A model generated the notes under the pieces. The model did not search any database, was not told where the DNA came from, and saw only the letters and a list, made by a program, of their open reading frames with translations. A program made the translations under genes and the position numbers. Of a stretch of 64,000 bases of DNA, positions 50,302 to 60,339 are shown piece by piece. The stretch comes from Nitrospirota bacterium (lineage in GTDB: Bacteria; Nitrospirota; UBA9217), in NCBI GenBank assembly GCA_963845065.1, contig CAWJQQ010000001.1, positions 992,001 through 1,056,000 on the forward strand, given 5' to 3'. How positions within the stretch are numbered: position 1 is the stretch's first letter; each line of letters opens with the position of its first letter.

Positions 50302-51213
50302 ATGGCCGTTGTGGGCATCGGACAATGCGCATGGGACATATTGGCAATGGTCGATACATTTCCACAGGCGGACACGAAAAAAGAGGTCCTGCTTTGGGAA
50401 GAGCAGGGAGGAGGGCCGGTAGCAACAGCCTTGGCAACCTTGTCGCGTCTTGGCGTACCGTGCCTGTTTCACGGTATCATTGGAGACGACCGGGAAGGCA
50501 CGGCCATCCGGCAGTCCCTGCGTGAGGAAGGAGTCTTCATCTCGGGGCTGGTGACAAGGTCTCGTGCCACGTCCCAAACGGCATTCATCGTGATCGAAAA
50601 GTCCGCGGCAACGCGAACGATTTTCTGGAAACGTCCTTCGGGTGAACCGCTCAGTCCCGAAGAACTCCCGCGAGATTTCTTGGAAGGTGCGGATTTTTTG
50701 CTCCTCGACGGCCTGATGAAGGACGTGTCGTTCTTTGCCGCTAGGCAGGCCAAGGAGGCCGGAATTCCCGTCGTCCTTGACGCTGGACGGGTGCGGGAAG
50801 GAACGTTGGAGCTTGCCCGGTTGAGCGATTATGTGGTCGGGTCGGAGGAATTCGCTCGTGAACTGTCCTGGAAGGACGACGCCGTTCAATTCAAACCGAA
50901 AATCAAAAAGCACGGCTTTGGCATCACGACGATTACGCTGGGATCGCGGGGAAGCGTTACCTATGCCGACGACAAGGTCATCATTATTCCCGCTTTTCCC
51001 GTCGAGACGGTGGATACAACTGGGGCCGGTGATGTATTCCACGGAGGATACATCTACGGGCTGCTCCGCAAATGGAGCCTCCAAGCTACTGTTCGGTTTG
51101 CGTCGGCCGTCGCTGCAATGAAGTGCAGGAAAGTGGGGGGACGAGCGGGAATTCCAAGGCCGGCGGAAGTACAACAGTTTCTTGAAGAACGGGGAATTAT
51201 CTATAGCATCTAG
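50302..51213 (+). CDS. PfkB-family carbohydrate kinase
   Basis: GGGPVATA..LG, TLGSRG, DTTGAGDVF; its TAG stop is part of the IS target CTAG. Confidence 0.92.
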   Translation: MAVVGIGQCAWDILAMVDTFPQADTKKEVLLWEEQGGGPVATALATLSRLGVPCLFHGIIGDDREGTAIRQSLREEGVFISGLVTRSRATSQTAFIVIEKSAATRTIFWKRPSGEPLSPEELPRDFLEGADFLLLDGLMKDVSFFAARQAKEAGIPVVLDAGRVREGTLELARLSDYVVGSEEFARELSWKDDAVQFKPKIKKHGFGITTITLGSRGSVTYADDKVIIIPAFPVETVDTTGAGDVFHGGYIYGLLRKWSLQATVRFASAVAAMKCRKVGGRAGIPRPAEVQQFLEERGIIYSI

Positions 51214-52772
51214 GAGTCTGTCGGACTTAACGATCTAATCCGAAGACTATTTGTTCAAAGTTCTGTGATCATCAGCATTTTGATCGGTTCTCATCGATCA
51301 AAGTAGCTTGTAGTCTGTTCTTTCTTATCACTATTAACTCAAGGCATGCAGCCTTTTCAGGTTCCAGGCGATGCAGACCAAGTCCCATTCGCCTTGTGCC
51401 GACTCAAAGCCTCGCAGCAGGAACTGCCGGAACCCCATGACTGCCTTGATAATGCCGAAGACTGGTTCCACCGTACTTTTGCGTTTGGCGTAAAGTTTTT
51501 TCCCAGCCAGTGTCCGAAGCCGGTGCTTCATCCTCTTAACCGCATCAGCACCGTCAGGCAGCGGCAACGGCTCACGGAATCGATTCATGAGCGGCTGGTT
51601 GTGCTGATCCCGACCAAAGGCAATGTACGGCGTGATCTTGTTTTTCTCGCAAGCACCAACGTTGGTTTCGCTGTAGAAGCCGTTGTCGCTAATAAGCGAA
51701 TCTACCGTACCAAGCGCGTGAGGTAGTGCCACAAGGTTGGCGACTGCTGGTTCCAGCTCACGCTTGTCGTTTGTTTGCTGACTCACGTGGCTGGTCACGA
51801 TCATCATTGTATCGGTATCAACGCCAGCCTGAGCATTGTAAGCCTGCTCAAAGCCTCCACCGGATTTTTTCATGATCCGGGATTCGCCATCCGTCAGGTT
51901 GACCTGGTCTCGGCCCTTGACGCCGGGGGTCGGCGGCTGCGGTTTAGGACCGCGCGGCTTTTTGCCGGACCGCTGTTCTTTTTCGGCGCGCTCGGCCAGA
52001 TTTTTATCATAGGCTTCTTTTTCCTGGGCGTAACGTTCGGCGGCTCGCCGCTCAATCTCGGCCTTGGCGTCGGCTATCGCCTTGAGCCGCTCGGTCCGCC
52101 GGGACAGTTCTTCCGGGATGTTCATTCCATCCGGTAGATCGGCTTGGTCGGCAGCTTCCGCCTGCCGAAGAAGTTCAGCCACTTCCGCCTTGAGCTGCTC
52201 TTCCAGCTTGCAGGCGTGAGCGTAACTCAAGGCCTTATGCTTGGAGGCATTTGCCTTGACCTTTGTCCCATCCAGACTCACGGTGCCCAGTTTTAAGATC
52301 CCTGTCTGTTGGGCGATGAGCAGGATCTGGACGAACAACGGCTTTAGCTGCGGCAAAAACCTCTTCCGAAACGCAGCGATCGTGTCATGATCCGGATGGG
52401 CATTGGCCGCGATAAACCGAAACGCTACTGAATCATAGGTACTCCGCTCCAGTTTGCGGCTGGAGAACACCCCTGTAGCATATCCGTAGAACAGGAGCGC
52501 CAAAAGCATCTCCGGATTATAGGGCTGTGATCCACGACCGGCATACGCGGCTTTCAAAGAACTAAGGTCAAGCTGGTCGACGATCTCGACAACGAACCGT
52601 GCGAGATGGTCTTCGGGCAGCCAGTCTTGAAGCGATGGTGGCAATAAGTAGAGTGTTGACTGATCATAGTCGATAAACTTTACGCTCATCTTTGTTCAAC
52701 CTCGCATATGCGTAATTGAAAAGCTAATCGACTATAGCATATTTTATTTCGTCGGGAAAGTCCGACAGACTC
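51214..52772 (-). mobile_element. IS1182-family insertion sequence, copy 2
   Basis: Same ends and identical protein to copy 1 (offset 4593 bp); CTAG flanks. Confidence 0.9.
51334..52689 (-). CDS. IS1182-family transposase
   Basis: Protein identical to 46741-48096. Confidence 0.92.
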   Translation of the reverse strand: MSVKFIDYDQSTLYLLPPSLQDWLPEDHLARFVVEIVDQLDLSSLKAAYAGRGSQPYNPEMLLALLFYGYATGVFSSRKLERSTYDSVAFRFIAANAHPDHDTIAAFRKRFLPQLKPLFVQILLIAQQTGILKLGTVSLDGTKVKANASKHKALSYAHACKLEEQLKAEVAELLRQAEAADQADLPDGMNIPEELSRRTERLKAIADAKAEIERRAAERYAQEKEAYDKNLAERAEKEQRSGKKPRGPKPQPPTPGVKGRDQVNLTDGESRIMKKSGGGFEQAYNAQAGVDTDTMMIVTSHVSQQTNDKRELEPAVANLVALPHALGTVDSLISDNGFYSETNVGACEKNKITPYIAFGRDQHNQPLMNRFREPLPLPDGADAVKRMKHRLRTLAGKKLYAKRKSTVEPVFGIIKAVMGFRQFLLRGFESAQGEWDLVCIAWNLKRLHALS

Positions 52773-52926
52773 CTAGCGTAACCGTAAAATAGTACAGGGT
52801 TGCATTTTAGCGATATTGCTTCGCCGATTCAGGACATCTGGGGGAATACTGCATGGCACGGCCTTCATCCTGTGGTTCTTGTGGTTGCCATTCGTTGCAC
52901 CACATAAAGTGTCAACCTGAATTCGT

Positions 52927-54857
52927 GAAAGCGCCGGGATAAACCGGCATAGAGTCGGGGGTGAAAGTCCCCTACGTGAAAGGATGAGCTGATCCATCAT
53001 GGCCTCGAATCATGCGCGGGCAGTCGTGAGATTGCACGTGAAGCGTTGACAGAGGAAGCGCAGGCCAGCCATTGAGCTCCGAAATCCGGTGATTCGGGGT
53101 GCCGACCGCGTACGAATGCTGGGAAGGCACTACTGGCAACGCCGCTATCCAGCCAGACGTTGCCCGACCCCGCGGAGTCAGAGAACCTGAGCATGCGTGG
53201 ATACTCTATGTTCGAGAACCGGGAGAGCTCAGCAGCTCCCGCTAGGAAACATTAAGCGGGACGGTAAGGGAAGGCCTGTGGCCGCGATCCTTATATGCAC
53301 GCTGCTGAGCAGTCTGACATCGGCGTACTACCTAAGAAGGTGCCGAACAAAGCTGCGTGTTCCCCATGCGGCGGCGGAGGCTCCGGAGGGAAGGCTGATG
53401 ACCAAGGGGAAATTCTGGAAAGTCGTCTGCGACCTGTACGCAGAGACAGGGGTAAGCATTGAACGGACTTGACAGGATACGTGAAGCAGCGGCAAGGGAT
53501 GGGAACCTTCGTTTCACCAGCCTCATGCACCATATCACAGAAGAAATGCTTCGGGATGCTTACAATGCGCTCAAACGCAACGCGGCAGCTGGGGTAGACG
53601 ATGTGACATGGCAAGAGTACGGTGAGGGACTGGATGTCCGGATAAAGGACCTCCACGATCGGGTAAAGAGTGGCAGGTTCCGAGCAAAGCCTTCGAAGCG
53701 GGTATGGATACCCAAGCCGGACGGTCGTCAAAGACCAATCGGCATAGCCGCACTTGAGGACAAGATAGTCCAACAAGCGGTGGTGTGGGTACTGAGCCAT
53801 ATCTATGAAAAGGACTTTCTCGGTTTCAGCTACGGATTTCGACCGGAGCGTAGCCAGCATAACGCGCTGGATGCGATATGGATGGGAATCACCCGAATGA
53901 AGGTAAACTGGGTGCTGGATGCGGACATCAAGAGTTTCTTTGACACGATCAATCATGCGTGGCTGATGAAGCTTCTGGAACGTCGCATCGCAGACCCTCG
54001 GATGCTCCGCCTGATCCGAAAGTGGCTCAGGGCCGGAGTATCGGAAGACGGCGAGTGGTCAAAGACGGAGGTAGGCACGCCGCAAGGGTCAGTCATATCG
54101 CCCTTGCTCAGTAATATCTACCTGCATTACGTTCTTGACAAGTGGGTAACAGAATGGCGAAAGAACAAAGCAAACGGTGAAGTAATCATCGTTCGCTACG
54201 CCGACGATTTCGTCATGGGGTTTCAATACCGGAGCAGTGCGGAACGTTTCCTGCAAGAAATGAAGAAACGATTCGCCGCTTTCGGGCTTGAAATTCACAG
54301 CGAAAAGACCCGGCTCATCGAGTTCGGACGGTTCGCGGAAGCAAACCGCGCCGAGCGGGGAGAAGGGAAGGCTGAAACGTTTGACTTTCTCGGGTTCACG
54401 CATATCTGTAGCAGGACCTGGAAGAACAATCGTTTCACTATACACCGCAGGACAATCGCCAAACGTCTTCGGGCAAAGCTGAAGGAAGTGAGAAAAGAGC
54501 TCATTCAACGCAGGCATGAGCCGGTGCCGGTACTTGGTAAGTGGCTCAGGTCAGTGGTACAGGGTCATCTCAATTACTTCGCGGTGCCCGGCAACATAAA
54601 GGCATTACAGGCGTTTCGCACGGAGATAAATAAGGCATGGCTCTTCGCGCTAAGGCGCCGCAGCCATAAGGCCAGAAATCTAACGTGGGACCGGATGAAA
54701 TGCTTAATAAAGACGTGGATACCCGCAGCCAAAATCAAGCACCCGTACCCGCACCAAAGGCTTTGCGTGAACCACCCGAGGTAAGAGCCGTGTGAGGTAG
54801 TGCCTCTAGCACGGATCCGTGCGGGGGGCGTCCAGTAACGGACGTCCCTACCGCGAT
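52927..54857 (+). mobile_element. Group II intron 2, apparently intact, no endonuclease domain
   Basis: EBS1 ACGAAT (53112-53117) is complementary to exon ATTCGT (52921-52926); domain V GAGCCGTGTGAGG..GCACGG; domain VI ..CCCTACCGCGAT. Confidence 0.88.
53459..54784 (+). CDS. ltrA: Group II intron reverse transcriptase/maturase
   Basis: AAGVD, RPIGI..EDK, SYGFRP, DADIKSFFD, GTPQGSVISPLLSNIYLH, YADD, FDFLGF, X domain. Confidence 0.95.
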   Translation: MNGLDRIREAAARDGNLRFTSLMHHITEEMLRDAYNALKRNAAAGVDDVTWQEYGEGLDVRIKDLHDRVKSGRFRAKPSKRVWIPKPDGRQRPIGIAALEDKIVQQAVVWVLSHIYEKDFLGFSYGFRPERSQHNALDAIWMGITRMKVNWVLDADIKSFFDTINHAWLMKLLERRIADPRMLRLIRKWLRAGVSEDGEWSKTEVGTPQGSVISPLLSNIYLHYVLDKWVTEWRKNKANGEVIIVRYADDFVMGFQYRSSAERFLQEMKKRFAAFGLEIHSEKTRLIEFGRFAEANRAERGEGKAETFDFLGFTHICSRTWKNNRFTIHRRTIAKRLRAKLKEVRKELIQRRHEPVPVLGKWLRSVVQGHLNYFAVPGNIKALQAFRTEINKAWLFALRRRSHKARNLTWDRMKCLIKTWIPAAKIKHPYPHQRLCVNHPR

Positions 54858-55110
54858 TAACCTCTCCCAAAAAGCCCACCCGGCATTGTTTGACTGAATA
54901 TTGTAATACGATAAAAAATTTAACAAATAAACACTTATCTACTTCACCGTCTTCCACTGTTAGGAATTTGGTATCAAAAGACGCATTGTGATGATCTTGA
55001 TATTGAGGGCCATCACGTTCTTGATTTTTGACGCCTGCACTGTCAGGTGCTTTATTAAAAAAGGATGATAGTTATGCTTTATTCACGCGCAAAAGGAGGA
55101 GGATAAGAAT

Positions 55111-55697
55111 ATGCGTGTTTTTGTTACCGGCTCTACAGGCTTCATCGGCTCTGCCATCGTTCAGGAACTCATCAATGCGTGTCATCAGGTGCTCGGCCTC
55201 GCTCAGATGCGGCCACCAAGTCGCTTGCCGCCGCTGGTGCCAAGGTCCATCGGGGTGATCTTGAGAATCTGGATAGGTTGCGGAATGGTGCCGCCGCCTC
55301 GGATGGTGTGATTCACACCTGTTTCATCCATGACTTCTCGAAATTCAAGGCCGTCTGCGAGACAGAAAGGCACGCCATTGAGGCTCTCGGCTCTGCGCTC
55401 GCTGGCTCTGACCGCCCCTTGATCGTCACCTCCGGGACCGCGCTCGTTACGCCAGGTCGTCTTGCAACCGAAAAAGATGTGCCCGCTTCCAACTCCACAG
55501 CGATCCCTCGTATCGCTTCGGAAGAAGCAGCACTCTCGGTGGCGGCGCGGGGAGTACGTGTATCGGTGGTACGTCTTTCACCATCGGTCCACGGTGACGG
55601 CGATCACAGGTTCGTTCCAATTCTGATCAGCATTGCATGTGAAAAGATAAGTGGACCCCTCTGTAAAGACAATAAAGAGCCGAGTTTAAGATGGTAA
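55111..55697 (+). pseudogene. NAD-dependent epimerase/SDR pseudogene
   Basis: [13 protein letters not shown] start with AGGAGG; frameshift near 55200; C-terminus truncated. Confidence 0.8.
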
Positions 55698-55818
55698 CCG
55701 ATCATGCCGAAAATGCGGTAATGGCGTAACGTTTTGACGCAGATTATCGCGGGAGTTTTAGATAGAAGATTCAAAAAAAATACCGGAAGCATCAAGTTGG
55801 CATCCGGCATCGCTTCTT

Positions 55819-56703
55819 TTACGCGGCTTTTCCCACCTTGCTCCTCCACTCCAGGGTGATCTCCTTGACGAATTCATCAAAGCTATGGGGCTTGCGTCCA
55901 AGGAGCTTCTCCGTTTTTTCGATGTCGTCCTTCGAGGCGATCATCCCGTTATTCTGGAAGAACTGATACATGATACGCATATCGGCAATCAGGAACTCCG
56001 ACATCATGCCTTTTGATTTTTCTGCCCAGACATCGAGATCGTCTCCGCTGTAGCGGATCTCCCGTCCCAGATGCTTTGTGTAGGTCTTGGCGATCCCTTC
56101 CCCGGTCAAAGTATCTGGTCCGTGGATCTCATACGTCTGGCCCTCGTAGCCGGATTTCATGAGAGCGTTACTTGCACAGTCGGCGATATCGCGTACATCA
56201 ACCCGGTTTAGCCCCTTCTTGCCAATGGGCTGAGGATAGAGGTTGTACTGCATGATCGCGGACTTCAACCACAGGTCATTCTGGAAGAAGTTGTTCGGTC
56301 GAAGGATCGTATAGGCGATCCCCGATTCCTTGATGGCCTTCTCTACTGGGAGTTTGCTGCGGAAGTGCGGTATACTTTCCGACCCTTCAGGCATGCATAC
56401 CGACATATAAACGATCTTTTTGACCTTGGCTGCCTTTGCCTCAGTCACAGCAGCAAGCCCTTCGTCGGTCTCGCTCAGTCCAACGGTGTTCAGGAGGAAC
56501 AGGCTGTCGATGCCTTCGAATGCTGCAGGGAGTGTATCGGGATCATCAAGGTCCGCCCTGTATCCTTCCACTCCCGTTGGCAACTTTTTCAGTTTATCAG
56601 GTGAATGGCTCATGACCCGTATTGTTGCCATCTGCTTAAACAGGCTGCTCACCACCATGCTTCCTACCATACCTGTTCCACCTATGACTAGCGTTTTCAT
56701 CAT
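55819..56703 (-). CDS. NmrA-like NAD(P)-binding protein
   Basis: LVIGGTGMVG, HFRSK..E, TILRPN.F.QN, VDVRDIA. Confidence 0.9.
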   Translation of the reverse strand: MMKTLVIGGTGMVGSMVVSSLFKQMATIRVMSHSPDKLKKLPTGVEGYRADLDDPDTLPAAFEGIDSLFLLNTVGLSETDEGLAAVTEAKAAKVKKIVYMSVCMPEGSESIPHFRSKLPVEKAIKESGIAYTILRPNNFFQNDLWLKSAIMQYNLYPQPIGKKGLNRVDVRDIADCASNALMKSGYEGQTYEIHGPDTLTGEGIAKTYTKHLGREIRYSGDDLDVWAEKSKGMMSEFLIADMRIMYQFFQNNGMIASKDDIEKTEKLLGRKPHSFDEFVKEITLEWRSKVGKAA

Positions 56704-57353
56704 GTACCTCCTATCGCTGCTCACCAGGAAGTCTTCGTAGATTTTATGGGGATGTGAATCGAGTGGGATGCGAAGATACTTTTGTGAGAGAGATGACTAC
56801 AGTTTGACACCACTAGATCGATGTGTCAAGGAAGCCAAGAAAGATAGTGTCCATTAGTACTGCATGCTGGATATATTGTCGAACGTAACGATGCGTATCA
56901 AAGTTCAGAGTTCACCTCGTTAGAGGGTTTAGAAATAGTGAGATACTTCACAACAATTGAGGTGCTCCTCGCAGAGATCCTAATTTTGATCCAGCTAAAG
57001 AATATTGTTTATATCATTGCATAGTGTGATATTATTTTCTGTCAATAGTTATATCCTGAAGTTCTTGTCGTCGCCGTTCTTTGCAACTCATAAACTTTGA
57101 ACCTGAATCTTGCAGCGCATACCCACATGCAATCCAAACAACATATATCCCATTCGTTGTCATATCCCATCGTTGACACTGTAATCCATATTTGTTATCT
57201 CTAGTAGGATAGTGCCCTCGCTATTTGAATAACATGTTATATTAAATAATGTCGCAAAGTTCTGTAACTTGTGCATCCCCTCATGTATCCTTGGCCTTGC
57301 ACTCCCGTAGTGAGCTATTATAAAGTGAGCTATTATAAAAGGAGGAGGCATAT

Positions 57354-57827
57354 ATGCAGAAGATCACCCCTTTTTTATGGTTTAATGACCAGGCAGAAGA
57401 GGCCGTGAAATTCTATACTAAGGTATTCAAAAACTCGAAAATCAAGAGCATTACCCGGTATGGAGATGCGGGGCCCGGCCCGAAAGGATCAGTCATGACC
57501 GCGAGTTTCCTGCTCGAAGGTCAGGAATTTGTTGCGCTGAACGGGGGGCCGGTATTCACCTTTACGCCTGCAATATCGTTTGTCGTGAACTGTAGGACGC
57601 AGGCAGAGATCGACCGGTTTTGGGATAAGCTCTCAGCAGGTGGTGAAAAAGTAGAATGCGGCTGGCTCAAGGACAAATACGGCGTGTCGTGGCAGATTGT
57701 GCCGGACATCCTATCCAAACTGTTGACCAGCCCGGATACGAGGAGAACGAACCGTGTAATGCAGGCTATCTTGAAGATGAAAAAGTTCGATATAGCGGAA
57801 CTCAAAAAGGCATATGGAAAAAAATAA
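57354..57827 (+). CDS. VOC/PhnB-like protein
   Basis: KITPFLWF..QAEEA..FY, ALNGGP, CGWLKDKYGVSWQ. Confidence 0.93.
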   Translation: MQKITPFLWFNDQAEEAVKFYTKVFKNSKIKSITRYGDAGPGPKGSVMTASFLLEGQEFVALNGGPVFTFTPAISFVVNCRTQAEIDRFWDKLSAGGEKVECGWLKDKYGVSWQIVPDILSKLLTSPDTRRTNRVMQAILKMKKFDIAELKKAYGKK

Positions 57828-57901
57828 TCTAAAAGGGTATTCCGCCCAGCCTTTTGGCAAGGGGGGCTGAGTGGGGTGGCACTCTTATGCGAGAGGATAT
57901 C

Positions 57902-58516
57902 ATGGCTGAACTGACAATAACGACTTTTCTTACGCTTGATGGCGTCATGCAGGCGCCCGGCATGCCGGAGGAGGACCCTAGCGGAAACTTTCTTCATGGT
58001 GGATGGCTCGTTCCCCATGCCGATGCCGATATGGGGAAAATCATGAATGAAATATTTTCGAAAGCTGACGCGTTCTTTCTGGGTCGGACGACCTATGACA
58101 TTTTTGCGGCTTACTGGCCCAGGATTACCGATCCCAATAATCTGATCGCCATGAAGCTCAATTCGCTTCCGAAGTATGTTGCATCACATACTCACAGTAC
58201 GTTCACCTGGCACAATACCAGCCATGTTCGCGATGTCGAGAAAGAAGCAATCGAACTCAAAAAGCGTTTCGCCCACGAAGTACAGGTCCATGGCAGCTGC
58301 GGGCTCGCTCAGACTTTGATTGCGAAAGACCTCGTAGACGAATATCGACTACTGACCTTCCCAGTAATTCTCGGGACCGGGAAGAGGCTCTTAGGGAGTG
58401 GTGCGGTCCCACGCATCCTGAAGCTGGTGAGATCAAGCACCACGAGTACAGGCGTTCTTGTGAGCGTCTACCGCCCGGCAGGAAGTCTGAAAACCGGCTC
58501 ATTTGCACTCGATTAA
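57902..58516 (+). CDS. Dihydrofolate reductase/RibD-C family protein
   Basis: TLDGVMQAPG, LGRTTY, KYVAS, HGS, LVDEY.L..FPV.LG.GKRL. Confidence 0.92.
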   Translation: MAELTITTFLTLDGVMQAPGMPEEDPSGNFLHGGWLVPHADADMGKIMNEIFSKADAFFLGRTTYDIFAAYWPRITDPNNLIAMKLNSLPKYVASHTHSTFTWHNTSHVRDVEKEAIELKKRFAHEVQVHGSCGLAQTLIAKDLVDEYRLLTFPVILGTGKRLLGSGAVPRILKLVRSSTTSTGVLVSVYRPAGSLKTGSFALD

Positions 58517-58541
58517 TGTAAAAGAAGCAGAGGAGATAAAC

Positions 58542-59099
58542 ATTCGAAAATTACTTGTGTTCAACCTGATGACGCTTGACGGCTATTTTGCAGGCCAGGA
58601 CGGCGATATCTCCTGGCACAATGTGGATGAGGAGTTCCAGGAATTGGCAAAACAGGCTTCAAATTCCGGAAACACGCTCCTATTCGGTCGCATTACATAC
58701 GAGCTTATGAAAAGCTACTGGCCGACTCAAGAAGCGATCAAAAATGATCCCATTGTGGCCGGGGGAATGAATAAAGCTGAAAAAATCGTTTTTTCTGGGA
58801 CTCTCGACAAGGTTGACTGGAACAATACGAGGCTGGTGAAAGATGATATGCTGGCGGAAGTTCGAAAATTGAAACAGCAGCCAGGAAAGGACTTGACGGT
58901 TTTAGGAAGTGGCAGCATCGTTTCTCAGTTAGCACAGAATGGCCTGATTGATGAATACGACATTTTGCTCAATCCGGTTGTCCTCGGCAAAGGGAAAACG
59001 ATGTTCGAGGGCATGCAAGAAAAACTAAGCCTGAATCTGATCAAGTGGCGAACGTTCGGAAATGGGAATGTTCTATTGTGTTACGAACCGGCGAAGTGA
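58542..59099 (+). CDS. Dihydrofolate reductase/RibD-C family protein (apparent ATT start)
   Basis: RKLLV...TLDGY, LFGRITYE, KIVFS, GSGS, LIDEY..PVVLG.GK; AGGAG precedes ATT. Confidence 0.85.
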   Translation: MRKLLVFNLMTLDGYFAGQDGDISWHNVDEEFQELAKQASNSGNTLLFGRITYELMKSYWPTQEAIKNDPIVAGGMNKAEKIVFSGTLDKVDWNNTRLVKDDMLAEVRKLKQQPGKDLTVLGSGSIVSQLAQNGLIDEYDILLNPVVLGKGKTMFEGMQEKLSLNLIKWRTFGNGNVLLCYEPAK

Positions 59100-59112
59100 T
59101 GGGGGATTATTT

Positions 59113-59496
59113 ATGGTGGACTATGCTCAGACCCGTAAAGATACTGCCGTGCAATTTCTGCGACTCGTCGTGGCAGGTCAAATCGCCGAAGCGTACGACA
59201 AGTATGTCTATATGCAGGGCAAGCATCACAACCCCTATTTCCCCGCAGGTTTTCCCGCGTTAAAAAAGGCGATGATTGAAAATCATGCTAAGTTCCCTAA
59301 CAAGCAACTCACGGTTAAGAATGTAATTGGCGATGGTGAGTTTGTTGCTGTGCATTCACGCATTGCGTTAGGTCCGGGAGAAACCGATATGGTGATTGTG
59401 CATTTGTACCGTTTCCAGAGCGATAAAATCGTGGAACTGTGGGACTGCGGTATGCCTGTGCCTGCTGATTCTCCGAATACAGATGGGGCATTATAG
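59113..59496 (+). CDS. SnoaL/NTF2-like protein
   Basis: HHNP, IGDGEFVAVH, YRF..KIVELWD. Confidence 0.85.
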   Translation: MVDYAQTRKDTAVQFLRLVVAGQIAEAYDKYVYMQGKHHNPYFPAGFPALKKAMIENHAKFPNKQLTVKNVIGDGEFVAVHSRIALGPGETDMVIVHLYRFQSDKIVELWDCGMPVPADSPNTDGAL

Positions 59497-59643
59497 AGGT
59501 TGTTTCAAATTTAAAGCTATCTGCGAGAATTAAATAGGCGTGTACGATTGTTCAACTTAGGATTCAGTGCAATGATCACTTGGTATTCCGCAACTTTTTT
59601 TTACGCACCGATCTAACACTATACAGCGAAAGGAAGCAAGGAA

Positions 59644-60006
59644 ATGGACCATTACAAAACTTGGGAACCGGCTTTGGCTCCAGAGGACTTAGCACGCTTG
59701 TTCTTGCTAAGAGCGAATGCAGGTGACATTGAAGGGTTGGTCGCGCTATATGAACCCGAAGCGGTTCTAGCTGTTTCAGATAGCCAGGTAGCAATCGGAA
59801 CCGAAGCGATTCGAGACTTCTATTCCAAGTTACTTTCTGATCGCCCAAAGTTTGAGCCCGGGCAACAGCGACCCGCATTGAGAAATGACGACTTGGCCCT
59901 TACTTCGTCGCGTCTGGCGAATGGAACGATTACGGCGGAGATTGCCCGAAGACAATCTGATGGTTTCTGGCGGTGGGCCGTAGATCAGCCCATGATCGCT
60001 AAGTAA
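59644..60006 (+). CDS. YybH/NTF2-like protein
   Basis: NAGDIEGLVALYEPEA, G.EAIR, RRQSDG.W..VD.P. Confidence 0.85.
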   Translation: MDHYKTWEPALAPEDLARLFLLRANAGDIEGLVALYEPEAVLAVSDSQVAIGTEAIRDFYSKLLSDRPKFEPGQQRPALRNDDLALTSSRLANGTITAEIARRQSDGFWRWAVDQPMIAK

Positions 60007-60339
60007 CTATATAAGCCGGTACGTCGGGTAGAGCATAGCGAAATCTGAAAAAATAAATGCTAAAGAATCGCTCCACGGTGTCCGCTATGTGGCGTGTGAA
60101 ATCTTTGTTCAAGGTAAGCTCCAAATGGTATTCTGCGGCTCTTATTTTCGGTCGCCGTTGCAACCTAGTAGGTGGACTTGAGAGCAGAATGTTCGCAAGG
60201 CGATTTGCGAATACTAAGTGAAGCTATCAGGCAACTCTTCATCCAGAATCATACACACACCCTGGACTCGAGGGGTGTGCAGAATACCTCTTGAATTTAC
60301 TATCGTATTTTCCTCACCATACCTAATTGAGGGGGTCTA

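Noticed and set aside
50236..51174. Long antisense ORFs (also 31558-32280, 44667-45311, 53291-53956)
   Set aside because: They are shadows of well-supported genes on the opposite strand, with no motifs.
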